From: Candidatus Borrarchaeum weybense
Lineage (GTDB): Archaea > Asgardarchaeota > Sifarchaeia > Borrarchaeales > Borrarchaeaceae
Reading direction: 5' to 3'
DNA: 64,000 nt
NCBI GenBank assembly: GCA_019057385.1
Contig: JAHQJS010000007.1
Location: 224,001 to 288,000 of the forward strand
The number at the start of each line of letters is the position of its first letter. The stretch's first letter is position 1. This document shows positions 31,378-40,375 of the stretch, piece after piece. The notes below the pieces were generated by a model. The model saw only the letters and a list, made by a program, of their open reading frames with translations. It searched no databases and was not told where the DNA came from. Position numbers and translations under genes: made by a program.

Positions 31378-32424
31378 TTACTGATGAGATTTCGCCTTTT
31401 CATATGCAGAAGATAAACTTTTGTCTGTTATTACTCCTATAACTTGGTTAGGATTGTCTTGTTCGACCACTGGCATCATATCTATATTTTCCTTAGTCAT
31501 CTTCTTATAAATTTCTAAGATTGAATCGTTTGGAAAAACTGTGATTAGTCTTAAAGGCAATTGACTAATTTTTATGGAGTCTCTTTGCTCCGGAAGTATT
31601 TGTAAGATATCATTCCATGCAATAATTCCCATAAAATTTCCATCTTTTTCAACTAGAGCATCATGATATTTTGCGCGAAACATGACTTCTAGAGCTTCAT
31701 TAAGGCTATTCTCGGGCGTTACGGTTGCGATCTCTAAGCTCATTATATCTTTGGCGCTTACTTTAGACTCAGTGATGGATCTTATAGGCCTTTCTCTCTC
31801 TTCTGTGGCGCCTACATAAATAAACACACCAATAAGTATGAGCCACCAATCTACTAGAACCCCCACTCCAATCATAATAAGTGCCAGAAGTCTTCCAATC
31901 CATGAGGTGTACTTTGTAGCATCAGACAATCCCCTTTTTTCCGCCAGATATGCTCTGAGAACCCTACCTCCATCCATTGGAAATGCAGGGATTAAGTTGA
32001 AAGCACCTAGAAGAACGTTTAATAATGCTAGATCGTAAAAAAGCCTTCTAGTTGTTGTAAAAGGAGCTTTTATCGGGATAATCAAGTCTAATGCGAAAAG
32101 GCAAAGACCGATTACAAAACTAGCTAAAGGACCTGCTATGGACAGACGCCATTCAAGATTTGGTTTATCAGCAATAGATTCAATTTGAGATGCGCCACCT
32201 ATCGGGTAGAGAATGATCTTCTGAACTTCAATATTGTAATGCTTTGCAACCAGAGAATGGCTTAACTCATGTAAAGTCACGAAAACAAACAGAAAGATTA
32301 CTAGAATGAAATAATATCGTGAGAACACTAATACTACAAGCAATAATATTATGAAAGTTATATGAAGTTCGATCGGAATTCCGAATACTGAACCAATTTT
32401 AAAAGAATACTTCAAACACCACAC
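31378..32424 (-). CDS. M50 site-2 protease with CBS pair
   Basis: LHELSH, AGP, NLIPAFPMDGGR; C-terminal CBS domains. Confidence 0.92.
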   Translation of the reverse strand: MWCLKYSFKIGSVFGIPIELHITFIILLLVVLVFSRYYFILVIFLFVFVTLHELSHSLVAKHYNIEVQKIILYPIGGASQIESIADKPNLEWRLSIAGPLASFVIGLCLFALDLIIPIKAPFTTTRRLFYDLALLNVLLGAFNLIPAFPMDGGRVLRAYLAEKRGLSDATKYTSWIGRLLALIMIGVGVLVDWWLILIGVFIYVGATEERERPIRSITESKVSAKDIMSLEIATVTPENSLNEALEVMFRAKYHDALVEKDGNFMGIIAWNDILQILPEQRDSIKISQLPLRLITVFPNDSILEIYKKMTKENIDMMPVVEQDNPNQVIGVITDKSLSSAYEKAKSHQ

Positions 32425-32527
32425 CGCTGTAAATAATTGTTGTTATGATGCAACACCATTTCTTTATTTTTAGGACTTTTTACGCCTCTAATTTCAATTG
32501 ATACTGCTTTCAGTCTGGTTTTTTATT

Positions 32528-33448
32528 CTAGTCAGCCTTAAATGCGCTCCCGAATAATTGCATTTTACCCTTAACAATCTCTTTCATAGCTTCTTTCGCT
32601 GGACCTAGAATCTTTCTTGGATCAAATTCTTTTGGTAAAGTAACTAAAATCTCACGAACTGTGGATGTAAAAGCTAGTCTTAGATCCGTATCGATATTTA
32701 TTTTCTGTATTCCTAAGGATATAGCTTTTTTGATATCTTCATCGGGGATTCCTTTAGCCTCACTTATTGCTGCTCCGTATTTCACGGCTTTTTCAACTAG
32801 TCGTGATGGAACTCCAGATGCTCCATGCAAAACAAGTGGAATTTTGACCATTTTTCTAATTGTCTTGAGTCGTTCAAAATCTAATCTTGGCTTCGCTTTA
32901 AATTTATAAGCGCCATGTGAGGTTCCAATCGCAACAGCGAGGATGTCCACACCGGTTCGTTCAACAAACTCCTTAGCGGCACTTGGGTCGGTTAATATTG
33001 CATCCTTTTCTTCAACCGTTGTCTCTTCTATGCCAGCAAGTCTGCCAAGTTCAGCCTCAACTGATATACCTTTTGGTTGAGCTAATTCCACAACATGTTT
33101 TGTCAATGAAATATTCTCTTCAAAATTTAGATGAGAACCATCTATCATAACAGAAGTAAAACCAATATCAATACATTTTGACACCGTTTCTACATCTGGT
33201 CCATGATCTAGATGTAGAGACATTGGTATTGAAGTGGATTTTTCCGCAGTTTTAACTATGGCTGTTAGATATTCTAAACCAGCATATTTGATAGAGGAAG
33301 ACGTTATTGCAATAATGACTGGTGATTTTTCCTCCACAGCGGCTTCAGTGATAGCCAATAAAGATTCTAGATTGCTTATATTGAAATGGCCAACAGCATA
33401 TCCCTTAGCCATAGCCTCAGATAAAATTTCCTTATTTGTGAGAAGCAT
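32528..33448 (-). CDS. fba: Class II fructose-1,6-bisphosphate aldolase
   Basis: HLDHG, VMIDGS, EAELG, GTSHGAYK, LHGASG, NIDTD. Confidence 0.96.
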   Translation of the reverse strand: MLLTNKEILSEAMAKGYAVGHFNISNLESLLAITEAAVEEKSPVIIAITSSSIKYAGLEYLTAIVKTAEKSTSIPMSLHLDHGPDVETVSKCIDIGFTSVMIDGSHLNFEENISLTKHVVELAQPKGISVEAELGRLAGIEETTVEEKDAILTDPSAAKEFVERTGVDILAVAIGTSHGAYKFKAKPRLDFERLKTIRKMVKIPLVLHGASGVPSRLVEKAVKYGAAISEAKGIPDEDIKKAISLGIQKINIDTDLRLAFTSTVREILVTLPKEFDPRKILGPAKEAMKEIVKGKMQLFGSAFKAD

Positions 33449-33592
33449 ATCTTCTTTCCTTCTAACACATTCTAAAATCTATAGTAGGACAATGCAAATT
33501 AAATCTCTCAAATTAACTCATTTATGTGTAATGACTACAAAGAGACGGTTTTTTCATTATAAACTCCTTACAAGATTTGAATTTTATATTTT

Positions 33593-33616
33593 TGTGACTG
33601 TCGTGTAACAGTAACA
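33593..33616 (-). promoter_or_regulatory. Palindromic operator copy 4 (minus: TGTTACTG TTACACGA CAGTCACA)
   Basis: Upstream of fba; followed on the minus strand by AAAATATAAAA. Confidence 0.8.
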
Positions 33617-33749
33617 AATCAAAAAATTGTGAAAACCTAAATCAATAAAAATATCTTTGGCATTTGACAATTCAATCCACGAAATCAACGCATACAAAGC
33701 TATATATTCATCAAAGTACACATATGAAAGATCTACCTAAAGTCACTCT

Positions 33750-33773
33750 TGTTACTGTTACATAACAGTCACA
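33750..33773 (+). promoter_or_regulatory. Palindromic operator copy 5 (TGTTACTG TTACATAA CAGTCACA)
   Basis: Upstream of the H+-ATPase gene; followed by CACGTTTAATAAT. Confidence 0.85.
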
Positions 33774-33901
33774 CACGTTTAATAATCAAAGCTTCTGCAA
33801 AATACGGATAAGTTAATTATGATACGTAATTAACACAAAATTTCACCTAAATAACAAGAACTTGATCTTTTTACCAGAAAAGAAATAGAGGATTTAATAT
33901 T

Positions 33902-36358
33902 ATGAGCTCAGAGGATGTTATAATTAAAACAGAAGAGGCAAAAAAGAACTCAATAAAAGAATTGTTAAAAAAACTTTCCTCAAGTGAAACGGGTCTTTCT
34001 ACCTTGGAGGCAGAACAACGACTTTCACAATACGGTCCTAACGAAATTCCCGAAAAGAAAGTAAATCCGATTCTCAAATTTTTAAGTTATTTCTGGGGAC
34101 CGATTCCTTGGATGATCGAAGCTGCTATTGTCTTGTCGGCAATCATTCAGCACTGGGAGGATTTCTGGATCATTTTTGCTTTGTTGATGTTAAATGCTGT
34201 AGTTGGATTTTGGCAGGAGCACAAGGCAGATAATGCCATTGAATTATTAAAAAAGAAACTAGCACAGTCAGCGCGCGTGCTTCGTGACGGCAAATACATT
34301 AAAAAATCTGCCAAAGAACTAGTGCCGGGAGATGTGGTGCGTGTTCGCCTGGGAGATATTGTTCCAGCAGACGTTAAACTTATGGATGGCGACTATCTGC
34401 TAACAGATGAATCTGCATTAACTGGAGAATCTATGCCCGTCGAAAAACATACTTCTGATATTGCCTATTCTGGTTCTATTATCCGCCAAGGGGAAATGAC
34501 TGCATTAGTAGCCGTTACTGGTACGAACACATATTTTGGCGAGACTACAAAATTAGTGGAGGAAGCAAAGACCCAGAGTCATTTCCAGAAGGCTGTTATC
34601 AAAATCGGTGATTATCTGATTGCACTTGCTCTTGGACTAGTGATGATCATTTTTGTTGTTTCGCTTTTCCGTCAGCAAAGCATACTGCAAACTCTTCAGT
34701 TTGCATTAGTTCTAACCGTTGCTGGAATACCTGTGGCGCTACCAGCGGTTCTCTCAGTCACACTGGCAATAGGAGCAATATCCCTTGCGAAAAAGGAGGC
34801 TATTGTCAGTAAGCTTGTTGCCATTGAAGAAATAGCAGGCATGGATATCTTATGCTCAGATAAGACAGGTACTATCACTAAAAATGAGATATCCGTTGCC
34901 GAAGTGAAATTTCTCACAGGATTCACAGAGAATGACGTAATTCTTTTTGGAACTTTAGCGTCAAGAGAGGAAAATCAAGATCCTATTGATGACGCAATTA
35001 TTTCCAAAATCAAAACCATGGATGCGATTAATGAGTCTCTTACTGACTACAAGGTGACAGTTTTTAAACCATTTGATCCGGTTGCAAAGCGCACCGAAGC
35101 CGCCATAGAGACTGCTGACGGCAGTCATTTCAAAGTATCGAAAGGGGCACCCCAGGTTATCCTAGCACTCTCGTTATATGAAGAGGCAATATCTAACGAA
35201 GTTAATAAAACTGTCAACGCCTTTGCTGCCAAGGGATATCGCGCACTTGCTGTAGCCAAAACTATAGGCGATCAGGATAATTGGCAATTTGTCGGACTGT
35301 TCGCCCTTTACGATCCACCTCGTGAAGATTCTGCGGAAACCATCAAGATCGCACAAACTATGGGCGTCAACGTCAAAATGATTACTGGAGATCATACCGC
35401 TGTGGCCAAAGAGATCGCCCATCAGGTCAATCTGGGCACCAATATAATGCCGTCTTCATCTTTCTTGAACAAATCTGACAGGGAAGCCACGCGAATTATT
35501 GAAAACGCCGATGGTTTTGCTGAAGTTTTTCCCGAACACAAGTACCATATTGTAGAACTTCTCCAAAACAAAGATCATATTGTTGGCATGACGGGAGATG
35601 GTGTTAATGATGCTCCTGCCCTGAAAAAGGCTGATGCGGGAATTGCTGTTGCTGGCGCTACTGATGCTGCGAAATCAGCTGCAGATATTGTTCTCACTAA
35701 ACCTGGCCTTTCAGTGATCATCGATACTGTAAAAGAAAGCCGCAAGATATTTCAACGAATGAATAATTACTCTATCTACCGCATGACGGAAACGATTCGT
35801 GTGTTATTTTTCATTACTCTAGCCATACTTGTTTTTCGATTTTATCCTATTACTGCTATTATGATAGTCTTATTAGCACTACTAAATGATGCACCAATTA
35901 TGACTATCGCTTATGATAATGTTAAATACTCTGATAAACCAGAGACATGGAATATGCGGACTGTATTAGGCATCGCCACGGTGCTTGGAATTATTGGAGT
36001 TGCAGTTTCTTTTGGAATTCTTTACATTGGACTAGAGATCCTACACCTTAGTCATGAAGTACTCCAGTCTTTTATTTATCTGAAGCTTTCCGTAGCAGGT
36101 CATTTGACAGTGTTTGTGGCTCGAACAAAGGGTCACTTTTGGTCAGTAAAACCAGCAAAACAAGTGGTTCTAGCAGTTTTGCTTACACAATTTATCGCAA
36201 CATTAATCACCGTTTACGGAATTTTGCTTCCTGCAATGGGCTGGGCTTTAGCACTTTTTATATGGGGATATGCGCTTGTGTTTTTTGTTATAACAGACTT
36301 TATAAAAGTCCAAGTATACAAGTTACTGGATCATGGCGAAATAAAATTTACGCGCTAG
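33902..36358 (+). CDS. P3A-type plasma-membrane proton-efflux P-type ATPase
   Basis: FWGPIPWMIE, TGES, IPVALP, DKTGT, KGAP, DPPR, TGDGVNDAPALKKAD. Confidence 0.95.
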   Translation: MSSEDVIIKTEEAKKNSIKELLKKLSSSETGLSTLEAEQRLSQYGPNEIPEKKVNPILKFLSYFWGPIPWMIEAAIVLSAIIQHWEDFWIIFALLMLNAVVGFWQEHKADNAIELLKKKLAQSARVLRDGKYIKKSAKELVPGDVVRVRLGDIVPADVKLMDGDYLLTDESALTGESMPVEKHTSDIAYSGSIIRQGEMTALVAVTGTNTYFGETTKLVEEAKTQSHFQKAVIKIGDYLIALALGLVMIIFVVSLFRQQSILQTLQFALVLTVAGIPVALPAVLSVTLAIGAISLAKKEAIVSKLVAIEEIAGMDILCSDKTGTITKNEISVAEVKFLTGFTENDVILFGTLASREENQDPIDDAIISKIKTMDAINESLTDYKVTVFKPFDPVAKRTEAAIETADGSHFKVSKGAPQVILALSLYEEAISNEVNKTVNAFAAKGYRALAVAKTIGDQDNWQFVGLFALYDPPREDSAETIKIAQTMGVNVKMITGDHTAVAKEIAHQVNLGTNIMPSSSFLNKSDREATRIIENADGFAEVFPEHKYHIVELLQNKDHIVGMTGDGVNDAPALKKADAGIAVAGATDAAKSAADIVLTKPGLSVIIDTVKESRKIFQRMNNYSIYRMTETIRVLFFITLAILVFRFYPITAIMIVLLALLNDAPIMTIAYDNVKYSDKPETWNMRTVLGIATVLGIIGVAVSFGILYIGLEILHLSHEVLQSFIYLKLSVAGHLTVFVARTKGHFWSVKPAKQVVLAVLLTQFIATLITVYGILLPAMGWALALFIWGYALVFFVITDFIKVQVYKLLDHGEIKFTR

Positions 36359-36558
36359 AAAAAACTCAAAATTATTTCGGAAGTTTCTTTTTTCTCCACT
36401 TCCTTGAGGGGGATCAGTAAAATACCAAAGATTAGAGTTTGCAATACCAATTAATGTCATAAAGAGACAATTAAGTTCTTAATAATAATATCGTTATAAG
36501 AAATCCTTTAGTAGTCGATCGAAAGGCAGAACAATTCGCAAATATTCTTCTAGAGATT

Positions 36559-37440
36559 TTAGGGTTCACTAGTAATTTTTATACGTGTTGGTTCTATTTT
36601 GAATGACTTCCAGATTTCTTCAAAATCGTTTTTAAGATGATTAATAAGGCTTTGATTATCAGTCCATAAATCAGGATGGTCCCCTAGATGTCCTTTTCCT
36701 GGTTTGGTTGCTAGTATCATTTGCTTACCATCAATTAGCAGGTATTTACTTAGGAGTCTTTCTGGATTACATGTCTTAAATTCTATTCCTACGTTCTTGG
36801 CCGTTTCCAAAAATTTAGGAATGAACTCATGTGAATCAGTCATTTCTGTAATTATACGAACTTTTACTCCGCTCTCTACTGCTTTTTTCAGTAGATCATG
36901 AAAAGAAGATAAGAATTCGATGATCTTGCTTCTTGAGACGGCCATGTCAATCTCATTTTTCGCAGCATTCAACATTCCGGAAATTTTAGTATATAACACA
37001 GCCTTATCTGGTATTAACGCAAAATGGGCTGCGTCCTCATCAAATTCCTGTTTCTGACTACGTGGCTTAATTACTGTCAAAGCTTCCTGTAAATTATTTT
37101 TTAATTTACGGATTCTTTTTTTTGCTTTTTCTTGTTCTCGATTGATCACGTCTGAAAGAGCAAACTTAATTGGAAGTACTCTAATCGTCATCGGTGTTCC
37201 CATCAATCTTTCTACTAAGCCCATCTCTTCAAGTCTCGGTAAATTTCTATAAACATCCTCTCGACGAACATCTGACAACTTTGAAATAGTATCGACTGAA
37301 GCAGCGCCCAATTTAATTATTGCTTCATAAATCTTTGCTTGGTTATTGGTGAGTCCAAAAGCAGTTAACAGTTCAATAATTTCTTCTTTCTCTGAGAATT
37401 GCTCTCTTGTTATTCTACTTTTGGAATCCATTTTATTCAC
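36559..37440 (-). CDS. TrmB-family transcriptional regulator
   Basis: FGLTNNQAKIY, wHTH VRREDVYRNLPRLEEMGLV; C-terminal effector domain (GVKVRII, YLLIDGK). Confidence 0.88.
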   Translation of the reverse strand: MNKMDSKSRITREQFSEKEEIIELLTAFGLTNNQAKIYEAIIKLGAASVDTISKLSDVRREDVYRNLPRLEEMGLVERLMGTPMTIRVLPIKFALSDVINREQEKAKKRIRKLKNNLQEALTVIKPRSQKQEFDEDAAHFALIPDKAVLYTKISGMLNAAKNEIDMAVSRSKIIEFLSSFHDLLKKAVESGVKVRIITEMTDSHEFIPKFLETAKNVGIEFKTCNPERLLSKYLLIDGKQMILATKPGKGHLGDHPDLWTDNQSLINHLKNDFEEIWKSFKIEPTRIKITSEP

Positions 37441-37555
37441 TAATCCTGTGTTTTAGGTTATTAATCGTTTAAATATAATAAATTATCTTTCCTTTAATAA
37501 TTTCTTTTTAGGCAGACTGTGTTAGTTCAACATCCAGAAATCTTTGTTTTATTCC

Positions 37556-37579
37556 TGTTACTGTTAGTTAACAGTCACA
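37556..37579 (+). promoter_or_regulatory. Palindromic operator copy 6 (TGTTACTG TTAGTTAA CAGTCACA)
   Basis: Between divergent TrmB and DUF1116 genes; followed by TAGATATAAG. Confidence 0.85.
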
Positions 37580-37682
37580 TAGATATAAGATTTGATATTC
37601 ATCATTAATATCTTTGAAATGTGAGTGACTTGAAACCCTAGAAAAACAGAAGGTAGATACTATTAAGGAATGGAACACAATT

Positions 37683-38945
37683 TTGAGGCGTATTTCAAGT
37701 CAAAAAAATATTCGAGATGAGATTTACGCGGCTAACTCAAAAGCTCTAGAGATACTAGATAACGGTAAGGCCACGTTAGTGGACTTTGACATGGCAAAAA
37801 AGGTTATACCTAACATGAATGATGACATTATTCTTCATTCAGGTCCGCCGATCGATTACAAAGATATGATTGCACCGATGAAGGTAGCTATACAAGGCGG
37901 CCTTATCTTCGAAGGAAAGACAAAAACTTTGAAAGATGCAGATAAAATCGCATCAAGCGGGGAGATAATGTTTAAACCTTGCCATGAATATGCAAGCGTC
38001 GGGTCCATGGCAGGTATAATAACTCCTTCTATGTATGTCGCAGTCGTGGAGAATTCTGAATATGGAAATAAAGCATTTTGCAATCTTCACGAAGGCCTTG
38101 GAACAAATTTAAGATTTGGAGGATATAATGAAGAAGTGATTGGACAGTTTTACTGGATGTTTGATGTCCTTGGCCCCTCACTGAAGAAGGTGGTTAAGAA
38201 GATGCCGATAGATTTGATTTCCATAATCAGCCAAGGGTTACTGATGGGAGATGAGTTCCACCTAAGATCTAATGCATCAAATATGTTATTCTTGAAGAGC
38301 ATAATAGATTATCTGTGGGATACTGATGATGGCACGGCAATTGTTAAGTTTATTAATGATAACGAACAGTTCTTCCTGAACCTTGCAATGTCTGCAAATA
38401 AAGTGCTGGCAGATGCTGCAGATGGAATAGAATGCAGCACACTTGTGACGAGAATGACGGGAAATGGTACCGACTTTGGCATAGGAGTGAGCGGATTGGA
38501 GGGACAGTGGTTCATCGGTCCTGTAGAAGTGCCTAATGATATGTACTTTAATGGATATAATCAACTAGACGCTGTTGGAGATTTTGGTGATAATTCTATT
38601 ACGGAGACGCTCGGACTTGGTGGTTATGCATTAGAGGCTGCTCCTAACGTGATAAGGCGTATTGGAAAAAATATGAAAGAAGCCGTGCGTATGACCCTTG
38701 ATGGCTATAAGGTGTGTGATGGTGTCAACAGTCAATTCTTTATACCATACCTCAAATTCGAAGGCACCCCTTTGGGCATAAACATCATCAAAGTCAATAA
38801 AACCGGTCTTGTTCCGAAATCAACTATAGAAATCGTCCATAAAAAAGCTGGTATCGGGCAAATAGGCACCGGAATCTCTTGTGCTCCCATTAAAGCCTTT
38901 AGAGACGCATTAAAAGCCTTCGCAATGAAATACGGGATATACTAA
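37683..38945 (+). CDS. DUF1116 (YahG/YlbE-like) protein
   Basis: LHSGPP, VGSMAGI, MGDEFH, ITETLGLGG, HKKAGIGQIG. Confidence 0.85.
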   Translation: MRRISSQKNIRDEIYAANSKALEILDNGKATLVDFDMAKKVIPNMNDDIILHSGPPIDYKDMIAPMKVAIQGGLIFEGKTKTLKDADKIASSGEIMFKPCHEYASVGSMAGIITPSMYVAVVENSEYGNKAFCNLHEGLGTNLRFGGYNEEVIGQFYWMFDVLGPSLKKVVKKMPIDLISIISQGLLMGDEFHLRSNASNMLFLKSIIDYLWDTDDGTAIVKFINDNEQFFLNLAMSANKVLADAADGIECSTLVTRMTGNGTDFGIGVSGLEGQWFIGPVEVPNDMYFNGYNQLDAVGDFGDNSITETLGLGGYALEAAPNVIRRIGKNMKEAVRMTLDGYKVCDGVNSQFFIPYLKFEGTPLGINIIKVNKTGLVPKSTIEIVHKKAGIGQIGTGISCAPIKAFRDALKAFAMKYGIY

Positions 38946-39069
38946 AAGAATATGAGTGCTGAAATTTACCAAAGATCTCGTTTAAACATTCTTAGGCTTA
39001 TTTAGCTTCTGCTTCTAAATATTACCAATATCGTTTCCTTCCATTTTGTTTTTCATAATTAATCCTCTT

Positions 39070-39093
39070 TGTTACTGTTGTCTAACAGTCACA
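39070..39093 (+). promoter_or_regulatory. Palindromic operator copy 7 (TGTTACTG TTGTCTAA CAGTCACA)
   Basis: Upstream of the 39152 ORF; followed by CACGTTTAATAAT, identical to copy 5. Confidence 0.85.
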
Positions 39094-39151
39094 CACGTTT
39101 AATAATTAATTCTAGTTTTCTTTTGTTACGGAAAAAAGATGGATAAAAAAG

Positions 39152-39733
39152 ATGGATAAAATGACAAAAAATCGGAAAAAAATACGGCGAGAGATTACCG
39201 CAGTTGGCATCATATTCTTAAGCTTTGGACTAATCTTGGTAGCAGTGGGAATGCGCCCAACCTTTAAAATTGTTAAAAATACTGAAACACTACTTTACGT
39301 TACAGATTACCCACTTTCAGAGAATTACGTCTATTTTGATACAACATTGAAACCAGGAGATATGGCCTCGGGAACAATTAAAACTTCGAATCCTGTAAAC
39401 TTCTATATCTTCGACAGTGATCAGTATAACAATTGGCAAACGATTTATTCTTACTCTCCAAATGCGCCTTCGATTTTCACAAGAACCCATTCCAACAATA
39501 TCGCATTTAGCGTCCAAATTTCGTATGAGGATACTTATTATTTAGTTGTTCACAACTACTATAGTTATTCAGGCTGCGTGATAAGATCTATGTATGTAGA
39601 GAGGACATATTTTACAAGGATAGAGCATTTTGATTATTCACTATCAATAGCTGGTTTGCTCACGGTGTTGACTGGTCTTATTATTGCTGCAATTGGATTA
39701 TCGACGCGCGTAAAAGTTGAAAACAAAGTTTAA
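39152..39733 (+). CDS. Membrane protein with extracellular beta-sandwich (GOLD/PPC-like)
   Basis: N- and C-terminal TM helices; PVNFYIFD...TYYLVVHN beta pattern. Confidence 0.65.
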   Translation: MDKMTKNRKKIRREITAVGIIFLSFGLILVAVGMRPTFKIVKNTETLLYVTDYPLSENYVYFDTTLKPGDMASGTIKTSNPVNFYIFDSDQYNNWQTIYSYSPNAPSIFTRTHSNNIAFSVQISYEDTYYLVVHNYYSYSGCVIRSMYVERTYFTRIEHFDYSLSIAGLLTVLTGLIIAAIGLSTRVKVENKV

Positions 39734-39771
39734 CATTTTTACACTGGTTATAGTGCCCTCAACAGTTTTAT

Positions 39772-39995
39772 CTGATATTGAAGAGAAACCTCCCTCCGAG
39801 AGGGTGGAGCTGAATTGCCATCCGTTTCTCGTGAGGGAAATGTTGTGTTTTCTCCGTAAGACGCCTCCATTCGGTATGAACAAACGGATTTCCGTGTGTT
39901 TCACTTACACACAGGATTATTTAACTAACTTAACGGACTATTGGCAAGTGCAGTATCCAAGGTGGTCGGCTTGGCGTGAAGGCGTACTCAAGGTA
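39772..39995 (+). mobile_element. Partial IS200/IS605-derived mini-element related to the 12.3-kb element
   Basis: Left-end-like hairpin CTCCCTCCGAGAGGGTGGAG + TGAATTGC, TTATTTAA box, then GTGCAGTATCCAAGGTGGTCGGCTTGGCGTGAAGGCGTACTCAAG, homologous to 12460-12505(-). No right end seen. Confidence 0.6.
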
Positions 39996-40049
39996 TTTTG
40001 TTAGATTCAAACATTACTGTCTCCCTAAAGTTAGGACACCACCTTGTAG

Positions 40050-40255
40050 GCGAGCTACCTCGTGCTAAAGCCTCAAGGCTTCCTGTTTCTACGACAGACT
40101 CGATCTCCCTGACGGGGTTACGGAGGTAGTAACTCCACAGGCTTACCATCCCTACGCCCCGTAGGTACTCATAGGCTCTATGAGCAACAGACCATATACA
40201 CCCAACGCAATTCATCACCAGGCTGAAGCGGTGATGCTTTCTTGCTTAGCTACCC
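40050..40255 (-). mobile_element. Non-autonomous IS200/IS605 mini-element, family B copy 1
   Basis: Near-identical to 46539-46742; target TTAC, left-end hairpin, reRNA-like GCCTGTGGAG...AAACAGGAAGCC, ends TAGCTCGC. Confidence 0.85.
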
Positions 40256-40315
40256 GTAATCGAACGTTCGTAAATTTGTAAATATTATTAAAATATAAAT
40301 CAGAGCCTTTTTTTC

Positions 40316-40339
40316 TGTGACTGTATTTTAACAGTCACA
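40316..40339 (+). promoter_or_regulatory. Palindromic operator copy 8 (TGTGACTG TATTTTAA CAGTCACA)
   Basis: Upstream of the CydA-like operon; followed by AACCTTTTATAG. Confidence 0.85.
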
Positions 40340-40375
40340 AACCTTTTATAGATAGCTTCCTCATACGTAAGCTTC

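Noticed and set aside
39132-39157. Tandem duplication AAAAAAGATGGAT x2 at a gene start
   Set aside because: Looks like simple slippage; no functional evidence.
40030-40049. Putative guide of family B copy 1 matching CAAGGTGGT at 39958-39966
   Set aside because: Only 9 nt and no adjacent TTAC; may be chance or local RNA pairing.
39717-40218. ORFs 39717..40004, 39698..39904 and 39988..40218 (also 12425..12622)
   Set aside because: They lie within the structured mini-elements and show no transposase or TnpB motifs.
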